Source of the DNA: Lingula anatina
Taxonomy: Eukaryota; Animalia; Brachiopoda
Assembly (NCBI GenBank): GCA_051362555.1
Contig: CM120640.1
Location: forward strand, 50,880,788-50,944,787
Reading direction: 5' to 3'
DNA length: 64,000 nucleotides
Shown here: piece by piece, positions 36,770-48,866 of the stretch
Layout: every line of letters starts with the position of its first letter
How positions within the stretch are numbered: the stretch's first letter is position 1
The notes under the pieces: generated by a model
The model's input: only the letters and a program-made list of their open reading frames with translations
What the model was told of the DNA's origin: nothing
Database searches by the model: none
Made by a program: the position numbers and the translations under genes

Positions 36770-37878
36770 CTGAAAAAAAGTGGAAAAAGGATATATATAT
36801 TTTTCTTAAAATAATTTTAATAAAAAATTGAATATCATTCGAAACAGCTTTATCATATCATGAGACACAGCAGAGTTTCATAATTTAATTTTTATTTCTA
36901 AAAAGATGATTAATTTATTTTATCTACCATTATTATTAATATTATTATTATTATTATTCTTTTTTTTTTTTTTTTGCCAACAATGTTCTTTACATGTATA
37001 CCAAGATACAAAACATACATGAGTAATGGAACACTGGCAACATGGCAAACAAACAACAAAACAATTGCCTTGTAATGGTTACTTTACTTTTCAGGTGGTT
37101 ACCAAACACTACGAAGCTATCAAGTAATACTAAGGTGCCATTAAAAAATTTTCACCTGAGAGTTAAGTTGCCATTTGGAGCCCATGACTTTAATGCAACT
37201 AATTTCAGTTTTACTTGATTGCAAAAGGAAAACAATGATTCAAATTACTTAAAAATAACACCCATTAATTCTTACTAGCAAACAAGCCTCTAAGGAAGCA
37301 GTGTTGTGGCTACATAAAGATGCATCAGTGGGTCCTCTGAGCACCAGTTATCTACATTTTATATGGAAATGGGGAAATATGGAACACATAAACACACACT
37401 GAAAAGATTTTCAAAAATATGTCCAGAACTGAATAACATTTAACAAATCTTTAATGAGCTGCTTCCTATGTGACCAAATGAATATCTGTGATGCTGAAGC
37501 ATTGTTTACAGTACAGAAATGAGAAAGAAACCCCTTTTTTCCAGTCAAGGCCAATGCTATGACCCATATTTCTGTGACATGATTATTAACAGATAAACCA
37601 AAAACTGTTATCTATGAAAGTTACAAACATGTGAAATCTGATCAAATATTTCCAATCTATCCCTTTTGTAAACAGCCCTACACATGTGGATATATAATCA
37701 ATTCCAGTGCTCATTATTGATCACAATGCAACAGACAGGTTTCAATATTAAAAACATGGTACAGGTGGAAAAGAGTTTCCGTGGTCTTGAGAATCTATAA
37801 TGCTGCGAACCTTATCAGAAGAATGAAAAGATTCAAGAACATAGCAGACCTTGGTATACCGAGCAAACTTAACAGGAG

Positions 37879-37912
<34 letters not shown>

Positions 37913-40900
37913 GAACCACCAGAGGTAACCTGTGGAGAATCCATGTAAGGACTATTTCATTCCACAATGTTATGACTTTTATGGAGAAGGCAGAATGATT
38001 AACTCAGATATTCATTATTGTATAATATGCCAACCGTAACTGATAACACTAGAGGTAATCCCCTTACACTACACGTGAAATAGGATATTCATTGTCCATT
38101 ATTAAAGAATGAGATCAAATTTTGTGAATCTAAAAATGTATATTGAATATTACTGTTACATGCACTTCAGTAAAAATTGTCATCTCTAAGCAGAATGATG
38201 ATAAAAAAGGCCTTTGAGACCACCAAATACCACTTATTAATAGGCATAGGGAAGGGATGGGTGGGTGGGTCAAAATACCAGACATCTATATCAGAGTTTT
38301 GACCATAACATCACCTAGTGGTCAGATATCAAGCTGATGATTACCATCACCAATGGTGACTGCAAGTTTATTTTCAGTAAAATTTTCACTGCTTTTGTTT
38401 GGAGATTTTCACACATCCCATACTACACCTCCCAAGCTGGAACCTCTTCTTTTGATAAACATGTTATTTTTAGCTAAATGCTTGTTTAAGTGTTTAGAAG
38501 ACATTTTTAGTGCTAAGAAAAATCACCATGCTATTATTCTGTGTCAGGCACATGATCTGCAAATGATCTGGGTCATTCACCAAGGAAAGTTGCCCTCAGT
38601 AAAGAGGTTAAATGCATAATACAACCCTCATAAAAAAACAGATATCTACACTGGCACAGTACCACTTATTTGTCATCATAATAATATTATTGGTTTTGTT
38701 TTTCCCCATGTGTAGATTTATTTTTGTGTGAAATGAAACCTTTAAAAATTTCAATAAAATAAATACTTTAAAATTTCATCTCTGAAAGTTTTTATATAAA
38801 ATTGCAGACTGACTGGAAAATTTAACTTTTGCTTAAAGACACATAAACTTTCTCATCTTTTTGTTTTAAATGATTTAGATTAAAAATTTCACCTTCACCT
38901 CCCAAGGGTAGTAATAATAAACAATATATATTAAAGTTGGTTTTGCTTGTATATTATATCATAGTTACTTGATGCCGTATCCTTTCAACTACAACAAATC
39001 AATATAAACCATTGACAACAAGAAACAACAGTTCGATATCTACACAATTAAATAAACATTTATGGTCAACAAGCTCAAATGATTCACTTATTTTGTCTCT
39101 GGTATTCCACTGGCAATTCATGTTATTTTTCATGAAATAGATTATCTTTCAACATTTGTTTCATGCTTCAAACCCTTGCTCTCAACAGATGTATTCACTG
39201 GTGCAGATTGTACAGAAACAATCCACCATATGACATGTGATGAATTGGATCAACAAAAAATCAATACTATGGTTGTAGTATTTTAATTTTCCTGGACTTG
39301 TTCATATTCATATAGGTAAAACCTCAGTCAAAATCAGTAAGATAATTTTGGTGAATTTTGATTTTTTTTTAGGTTCATCCTCCCTTCCATTGTATGCATA
39401 CTGAATATTACATGTATTATCCCTACAATATTATTACTGCAGGTCTGACTTTACTGCATAAACAGCCCTCTAACTAGGCAACATTTAATTTTTGTTAGGT
39501 TTGTCATCTTTGCTATAAATAAAGAGCTGACTGATCTTTATGGATCATTATTTCACAAACTACGACTAATCTTATGGTTTAGAGGCAGATAGCATGCAGA
39601 GAAAACTATAACCAACCTAAAAATGTTGTCATAGCAACAAATAATCTTCAATGACACAACAGCACTTTCACAGAGGCCTCCCTAGTCTTAAGAATTTCAT
39701 ATTTAAGATCAATACAGTATATGCAGATCATCAAGAGTTTACCATACATAAAAGTGGCATGGCCATAAGCAAGCAAAAGATTTGTTTCATACCAATCAGA
39801 TTTGTTATTTTGTTTTTCAATGAATTCTTGCGACCTTGGATAGAGGCATATAGATATAAATAAGTATAACACTTATAGCATGTCAAAAGCCAGAAAGCTG
39901 GTGACAGGGTACCTGAAGGCAATGCTATGCCTAATTTATCTTATATTCAAGTAACCTGCCCACTTAAACTGCAAAACATAGGCTATTCCTAGGGCTTTTT
40001 GTCATATGAAAAGAAAATTCAAATTTCTGATTAAAAAAAAAACATTATAACTTTCATATTTAAGATAATTGAAATCTACTGAAAGCTTATAATAGTTAAC
40101 AAGCTAAAAGAATCCTCTAATAAACTTTATATCTATTCTTCTACAGACTGTCATATTACATGATCAATCTATACTTGGAGCTTACCTAAGTGAAAAAGTT
40201 GTGTATAATATATTCAATTTTTTAACATGGTTTTCTGGATTTATAGCCAAAACAATTACCTGTTGACTGGCATGTGTCCAGACAAAGCAACATGAATATT
40301 TTTGACATAATACTGCTATATTTGCTGCTTCCACCTCCTTTACCAGTATATTTCAACTACACAATGTAAACAAAATACATCAACATACATTTTTCAGGTT
40401 AAAGTGTCCTAAAAGCACCCTGAGCAATATGTGAATTAGGCACTGTGCTTATGAATGCATTCTAATGTCTGTGCCCATTGCCTAACTGCATTTTCAAAAT
40501 GCTAAAGTCATAAAAACATCTGATGCATGTTCAGATCATTAAATCTTCAGGTACCTTAATCATTTCTAGCAGTCCTCATCTGCATAATGTGCACAGTCTC
40601 CACTAAATGATAAAAAAACAAGTATAAATAAACAAGTATAATCTCTTGTTTTTAATGATGCCCACACAATTGGACAGAATTTATTATCAAGCACTAGGCA
40701 ACATTCTGTTCTCCTTGCACTAGTAAGTCTCTGATCTCTAATGAGGCATGTCGGCCATAGTAAATGATAAATGTGCATAGTCTCCATCTGTTACATCCAG
40801 AACTGATATTTTCCCTGTCATGACCTCATAGGGTGAATGCTAGAGGTTCAGACTAGGGTGCAAACAGGTGCTTTACAGTGCCACACTATAATCTGCTCAT

Positions 40901-41629
40901 TATTTCACTAATTTACTCACTCATTGTAGACAAGAGCAACGAGTAACTGTCAGTTTATCACAGTGAAACCATAGCTTCAATAATCTTGTTAATATCATCC
41001 TCAAAATTCTTTAAGGCTTATTGGTTAAAAAATGCAATTTTCTTCTAAAGTTATATATAGAATGTATGGCTGTCGGACTGCAAGCTTGTGCAAAATATAC
41101 AGTTAATGATTTAGTGAACTGATAACTTACACTCATGGAGTAAATATCCAAGCTATACGCCACTGACACAATTGTTTTATACCACCATCTACATAAAACT
41201 GTTTTCAGCCTGACCTTTTACAAAGACCATGATTTAAGGCCAGAATTGAACCTAAACACCATTTCCAGTACATGTTTATTAATGTCCTAACCAATTATTC
41301 ACCAACCTTTTTTTATTCTTATGCCACGTGGATATCTGCCTACACGTAAAAAATGGTCAAGGTAAAAAAAATTAATGTAACAAATGATTGGCCAAATTAT
41401 ATCCAATTTGTTATTTATTATCGTCCAAAATTTTATTTGTAAAACACACAGGTTATGCAGTTATGACACCAGACATGATTCGACCAGTTTTGGGTTTCCT
41501 GTAACCAATGCTGTCCCAATGCCAGCACAAAAGGCACAAATTATACACTAATATTATATAGTACTGATAGTGTACTTTTATAAATATTAAGAGGCATTTT
41601 CAAGACTATTTTTGTTTAAGCACAAATTT

Positions 41630-41631
<2 letters not shown>

Positions 41632-41672
<41 letters not shown>
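41632..41672. repeat. (TG)n microsatellite
   Basis: Read directly. Confidence 0.95.
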
Positions 41673-41681
<9 letters not shown>

Positions 41682-42280
41682 AGGGATATCGACTGACCAG
41701 TGGTAAAACAAAAGTGTTTTAAAGTATGTACAATTCCAGTGCATTAAAAACAAAAAAATGGAAAAGTTACAAACTCTGCTATTTTCAACTATAAGCAGGC
41801 TGTATTAATATATCTTCCTAATTTCTTGTAGCTTTGTTTATATACTAGTACTTATTCAACTGGGCCTAGCAGGTTGGTATGTATGTCAAGCATACCTGAT
41901 ACTCCAGACTGTTAAAAAAGGAATAACCTTTCTTTTTCTTTACTGTACCACTGCAATTTTGATATCCAAATGCCTTGAAGCATTCTTTATTTCTGGTCAT
42001 TTAAGCTGCTTCCCAGCCAAATAATGACTTTTCCAAAGGGCTAGTCAGTCTGACATAATTTTCTAAGCCAGATGATTAAACCTGGTCAAATTAAATTTAG
42101 TCATCCATGCTAGATAAACTGATCATTCACACCACTTAAATGTGTAGTCATCTACTAAAGGCTACAGGAAAATTGCCAATGCCTGCACAGGCTACAAAAT
42201 TTAATTCCACAAATATAATTAATGCCGATTGAACAGTACAAAAACTTAACAGCCACTCTTAATAGTTAATGAAAGTAATT

Positions 42281-43035
42281 AAACAAGCAGCAAAGCAGTA
42301 AAATGTACAGACACAGAAGGGAATAATGATGCACAAAATGAGTTATTGGACAGGCTCCACAAATTGCAACTAACAAGAGGTATCTATTTTTTTTTTGTTC
42401 CAGGTTACAGAGAAATTTAGTTTCAACATCTAATGGCTGCTTCTCTAGTGAAAATGTACTGAATGACCCCAAACTAAGGACAATGAAAGATGACCCCAAG
42501 TGTAACTTCTCACCATAATACCAAAGCAAATTGGCACAAACAATTTTTTTCTCACAGAAAATTGATTTTTTTTTTTAAACAAAATTTTGATCCATTTGAC
42601 CTTGAAATATAGATCAAAGGTCAAATCTAAGGTCATTTACAAAATCTCCACATATGACTTTTGGCCAGACTTCTATTGTTACTTTTACCATAATTCCTTC
42701 TGTTTGGGAAGTATTTAGCATTATGCTGGAAAAAAAAAATCGAAAAAAAAAAATTGATTACTTCTGTAAGTTTGAAGACAAAAGGCATATCTGTTTTCCT
42801 TACAATGTGTTATTTGTACTGCATTCAATATAATATATGCTGAAAAAAAAACTGAATAGCTTTTGGAAAAAGGTCCATTCAAACAGTTAATCGAAATTGG
42901 CCTGCATTTTACTAATATAACAGTTTTTGACTTATCATGTTATCTCTGAAAGTGCATGGCAATACCTACGCTGACAGTGGCGACAGATGCAGGTGATGGC
43001 TATATGTACAGACACTGTATGTCTGTACATAAAAA
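42281..43035. mobile_element. HINE-like element, near-complete copy
   Basis: 5' aaacaag...atgtacagacac; internal tttgaccttgaa...aaggtcaaa; 3' hairpin tgtacagacactgtatgtctgtaca followed by A run. The internal segment 42640-42722 recurs at ~50545-50630. Confidence 0.65.
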
Positions 43036-46000
43036 GACAATGCTTTGACTTATTTGGCAGTATATCTTTTAACACAGCAATTGTCACAAAAGATAGTGAC
43101 AATAAAACAGTTTACAGTAACCTAATAACTCCTTAAAATAAATTTTAATTTTCAATGAATTTTTAAATGCTGCAACAATAAACTTTCTCTTTTGAATCCA
43201 GTCTGAACCAACCAAATACATACCATCTCTGATTGTGGTGTACATTTCTGCAGGTGAATGTTTTTATCGTGTCTGTGTTTACTTATCCACTAAACACAGC
43301 AAAATACAGTGTACAAGTGCAAAGATTACAGATAAAGTTACCTGGCTGTTGACTGAAAGAAACAAACTATGATTGATTTGTAGGATTTTTCAGTCATGTT
43401 TTTTATTCATGTAAATGTGCGACTTCCTGACTGACTGACTGATATCTTTTCAATAAATCATTAGCATAGAATGAAAAGTATGAGCTACTCAAAAAAATAT
43501 ATTACTGTCGCATGCTTTAAATGTGTCATTCTTACATGTGATACATGGGAAAAGGGCTGAAAACTTGTTTTGTAATGCTGAATATACACCAAACACTTAA
43601 ATGTGAATTCCTCAGGCTACCACAATCAACCAAAAAAGGATGTGGTTTCTTTTTAATCTATATTCTTCAATGTATACATAAAAGTGACTGAAGGAAAAAC
43701 ACTTATAGCACAAGGTCACAGAAAAAAACACTGTTTCTTACCATCAAAGTGACAAAGTAAGGAAATTTTGTTTACAAGTCAAACTCCCAATGTTAACCAA
43801 ACAATTTGTTTCCTAGGACTTGAGTATATAGCAACAGGCATTTCATATTACTCAATAATGAACAACTTCATGGACAAAGGGTACAAACTAGACATTGGCT
43901 AGACAATTTCTAGAACCTAACATTTAAAAGACCATGGTGACTCTTGTATAAAGAGACCAAAGAACTTTCCAGGACAACCTTTATTTAGAATGACAAAACT
44001 TGATCAAGGACTTTTAATTATTGCCTAAGGGAATACCTCAACTTATGAATAAGTTTGCTATGATATCAACTACATGGACATTGACTGTTCACTAAAGACA
44101 AAGCACCAAACATCACTTAATTCATTTGCCCGTTATTTGTTTAGTATTTTCTTTTTTGATCTCTGTCTTACCAAGGAATGCTTATATTACAATTCAAAAT
44201 ATATAGTGTGGTTAATACTAAAATAATATTGAACTCAAATTTTTTCCACATCAGACAACGATGAAAAAAAACCAATTATTATTCATTTCTGTAACCAAAT
44301 TTTATGCTTAAAAGTAAGAGCACACACATATATGGGCCCCATGAATAGTTTTCCTATCCTTTCAAGTCATCTTTTCACCCACATTCTTAATCAATACAGG
44401 AAATTCAGCTTAATTATTTATCTATTACAAAATCCCAATTTCCATGTGAAAAAATTTCACTGAAAACAGATTTCCAATTTCCTTTTTTTTCCAAAACAAA
44501 GCCATAAATCATACAAAAATACTCCATACAGTACAGCTTTTGGAAATTTTATCCGAATTAAAAATATTATGATTTAAAAGTGGCTACATTATGTAATAAG
44601 ACATATTATAGGAATTGTGACTTTTGTTGGGTTATGCGGGAGCCATTCAGAATGGATTTAAATTGATGACTTACAATGATATGCCTTACAAGGTGAAAAA
44701 CAAAGTATATTCATATATATATTATGTGTTTAATAATTATGAAAAGTGAGAACAAAATTCTGCCAAAATTAACAAAATTCATGAGTAATCGTTAGCTTAA
44801 CCAACTGAAACCTGTGAAAATTAAAATAATACAAATTTGCAGCTGTCATTTCAAATGTTTTTCCAAATAAAATTCAGGAACCTGAAGTAACTACAAACAG
44901 CAGACAAACACCAAAAATTGCTCTGGCCAACCCGTCAATAGCATAAATGAGTGGCTACCACTTCCCAACTTTGACCAATTGGGAAAACCTCAAGGTCATT
45001 TTTCAGTACCCCCCCCCCCCCCACCGTACAAAAGACACAAAGAACTATACAGATAATAACCATCACTGGCTCTGTTTTAACAATATTATCCTGACAAAAG
45101 GTAAAAACAACAATGATAATCATCAATGCAAAATACATATTAATCTTTATTGGTTCCCTACTTTTCCCTTTGAAACTTTGCATCCTGACAGATTAAATCA
45201 TCAGACACATAGTCCATGTTTACAGGACATACAAGGCTTTGGCCTTAATAATTCTAATTATCCTGGTTGGTGATGGCTCTCCTGTGAACTTTTATCTAGA
45301 ACCGCCGCCCTGACCCAGGGCTATGTAGCAGTAACAAACAAGACCATTACCTTCACGCTACTGTGAGAAAGACCCGCCCACCTCCAGCACATTGCTACAC
45401 TGGACCAGGACTGGGACTCACGAGAGTTCTGAGTTCAATAATCAAGATAGTGGCCATATTTCTTCAGTATAATCATACGTCTAGACCTACCAATATACAC
45501 TATAGAGCCCTTTTTGAAGTAAAAGTCAGGGTAGCTTTAGATAATAATCTCAACCAACTCTTTTGTTATAATTTCAATCAAAATAAACTGCTCAATATTT
45601 CCAAATCGTACACACAAAAACAGATTGTTCTATATCAAACACAAAAATAATTAAATAAAAATGTTCAAATTAATGGTTCTGTCACTACAAAGTAAAATTT
45701 CAAGTTTACACTATTTTTCAATCGCCAGCGTCCACCATGAACAGACAACACAGACCACCAAATAACAATACAGGCTTCCTTCAATTAACCAGTCAATACT
45801 GATGACATAAACACAATCAGAAGCAATTCTACCTCAAGTGATGTTGAACAGACATCAGTCAACTAAGTTATATAGTTGAAATCAATATTCAGTACTAAGT
45901 AGGAGACTATTCAGATAGTTAAAAAAAAGATATATACATATATAAAAGATAATAATAACAATATAGGAGGGTGGGGGCTTTCAAAGTTTCTTCTCTTTTC

Positions 46001-48240
46001 CTTGCTAAATACATGATCTGTTCATACAATGTATTTTTTTTTTTGTATTTATGAAATGAAATTATTTCCTAATATTCATATTGAAATGTTTTGTGTAAAA
46101 ATTATAAACTTAAGCAAAAGTTATATGTAAAAGAGATATGCCATCTATACAACTGCAAAATTATTTGTAAAAACACTGAAATTGAAAGCAGCTTACATAA
46201 AGCTAATTAATCAAAATAAAATATTGCATAACAGAGATATGAAATTTGACCTTTAAAATTTTTTTTGAGTTTTATTTGGGGATCAAGGCTTATGCAACAT
46301 AACTATCCTGAGAAATTCAGAAGACTTTCATCTATAATACTACTACAGAGATATATCTATCTACAAAAAGAAAAAAAAAGAAAAAAAAAATCACTATTAT
46401 AACATCATTTCAATTTCAGACCATCTTATTTATAAACACATAAATACCTAGTGATAAGTGAATAATCATAGTATACATCTCTTGATGCCTCACATACTAA
46501 ATCATTATTCAAGATTCAAACTGATAAAAATATGGAATTCAATATATTTTTATAACATTCTAAAATTACAAGGTGAAACACAACAAACAGGTCAAACAGT
46601 GAAAATTAAAGAGGCAATTTCATTCCTAATGAAGGGAATACAACACTTACTGTCTTATCCTATTGACAAAGTTGAAGAGGGATTGCTACTCATATAAACT
46701 CTGATGCTACCCCAAGATCCTTGAAACCACCCAAACTTTTTTCAATCAATATCTATGAAAAACTCATTGCTCTTTTTGGTATTAAAACATACTGTAACTT
46801 CAAATCAGACTGCTTTATTTGTCCAAGCATTTTTATCATTTTCTAGTATCTTGTATAAGGAATAAATTGCCGTTCTGTCAAGGATAACGCAGTTAGACAG
46901 GAAACACATTTTTATAGTGTTTTGAATGAAAGTGAAGTTGACATTAGGCATTATGAGAGAAAGCCTGCTCTACTTGAAGTAAAGGTGCGAAAGGTGACAA
47001 AAATATGTGAAATGTGTTAATGGCTTTAAAGATTAATACACCTAGAAATCTACTGATTTGATAATTAGCTTCAATCAACAACAAAATGTAAGGATCAACA
47101 CGTATATATAGGTGCTAGCCTAAACAAAAATATCCTTTTAACACTGATTACACCTGAACCCATAATTTTTTTTTAAATGAAAACATGATCTAAACACTTA
47201 CTGAAAAACACAATGCCTTCAAATCCACACATAGATCATTCAGGGGATAATTTACAAAGAGTTATTTAATCATTAATCATAACAGTGAGTTTGGTGTATT
47301 TTAAGTTTTCTAAGACACACTGAAGAAGAGGTGACTATCAGCCCAACCACAAGCAACAAGAACTTCTTCAGAACCTAAATTGGCAACTCAAAGAAAAAAA
47401 TTCTAATATATCACATTCAAAAGGGGTAAAGAAAACAAAATTAGCATTCAGAGAGGTATGCATGCAAAATACGTTAAGCCAATTTAGATTCTGGTAAAAG
47501 GTAAGTTTCTGACACTTACAACCGAATTCAGACATCTGCATGACTGTAATGAAAAAGTATATGATTGCACACAGATGATATTTATAATCAACACATATCT
47601 TAAATGGGAAAGGACAGTAAGTATATGTGGCCTTTAAATGCTATGCAAACAATATCAATACCTTTACATGTGCCAATGCATCTGTTAAGTGGCAGGGGAT
47701 GGACAAAAGCACAATGTTAGTATGACCATTGCAACTGTCAAAATTTCTTTTTGATGCCCAACAATGAATTTTGGAGTAGATAAATAGCAGAGTGAAATTT
47801 ATTGGTAACACAAGGAAACTTCATTGGCTGAGAAGCCTCTGTATTATACCAAATATCACAGTCTCAATCGTAAAAAACTACGTTTTTTAAAATCTAGGTT
47901 TTGATTTAAGGCATTGTCCTCTGTAACTGTATATGTCTTGAATGATTATTGTGGAAAAATCTTGTCAAAGAACAGCATAGTCGTCAGTACAGTTATAACA
48001 TTTCATCTTTAAAATAATGGGCATGGATTTCTCAACTTTAAAGCAGACAGATATGGTCATAGAAAATGAGTATCTGGCTGTGCATACACAAAGCATGGTT
48101 GTAATTAAAATAACCAAATAAGTATGAAGATCATTCAATTGAATTAACATACCACTGTGCGATCATCTGTACATTTGGTATTTAAATGGTAACCTTTTAA
48201 TCTACCAATGGCTTCAAGTATATTTACCACTACAACTTAC

Positions 48241-48313
48241 TTTCTTCGTCTTTTGAAGAAACCGAAGAACTTATCACCACCAGTAACAAGCAATTCAGTA
48301 AGTTTTTATACAT
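48241..48313 (-). CDS. InR: InR coding exon 1: signal peptide (not in the ORF track)
   Basis: MYKNLLNCLLLVVISSSVSSKDEE with a phase-1 gtaagt donor. It joins exon 2 to give ...KDEEICKSVDIRNN. A at -3; in-frame stop upstream. Confidence 0.85.
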
Positions 48314-48763
48314 GATCGTTCCAATTAACTTGATTAAGTCCTTGCTTAACTGGTACAGAGTGTATGCATTTCCACGGTACTCTCATTGTCTGTGTCAGTT
48401 CGTCAGCCTACATGGCGGTCTTTTCTTTCCATAGTTCTGGAAAAAATATTTAAAGCAGCATAAATAAAATAATATGCCCATGTCAGGAGATAAACGATAC
48501 CATCAAACCGGTAATGATCAGGCTGCTACATTAAAATGTGTCCATGAAACCAGACATGTCAACATCGTACTTGGTGAACTTGCCTTAAGTAAGGATAGCG
48601 TTTGAAGGTCCACCTTTCTAGGAAATTGACTCCTTGGTCATCCTGTCTTAGTGTGGTCTCCACATAGTGACCCAATTATTATTACATCTAGGTAATCGTT
48701 GCACAATTGCCTCAACAAGCTTGTTTTTCAGTACAACTGCTCTCACAAGAAAACAAGATAGAT

Positions 48764-48866
48764 GTAAACAACCTCGAAAGCTGATTGGCTGACGGGCACC
48801 GTGAAAGCGAGTTACGCACCTCATTTGTAGCCGTAGTTTCCAGGCAGGACTACGTGACCGACGTCA
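48764..48866 (-). promoter_or_regulatory. Candidate InR promoter or enhancer motif cluster
   Basis: GTAAACAA (FOXO-type, 48764-71), CCAAT on the minus strand (48784-88), TACGTG (HRE-like, 48851-56) and TGACGTC (CRE-like, 48860-66) in a locally CpG-rich patch ~450 bp upstream of the ATG. Confidence 0.5.

Larger units (their letters stand above)
17975..48313 (-). other. InR: Gene span: insulin/IGF-like peptide receptor tyrosine kinase, 24 coding exons, ~1526 aa
   Basis: Domain order is signal peptide, L1, CR, L2, FnIII x3 with insert domain, TM, NPEY, kinase, C-tail. Exon lengths sum to 4581 nt with compatible phases at all 23 GT-AG introns. Confidence 0.97.

Noticed and set aside
35790-43780. 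Additional FOXO-type TTGTTTAC/GTAAACAA sites in InR introns
   Set aside because: Several copies are expected by chance at this base composition, and they are not clearly clustered.
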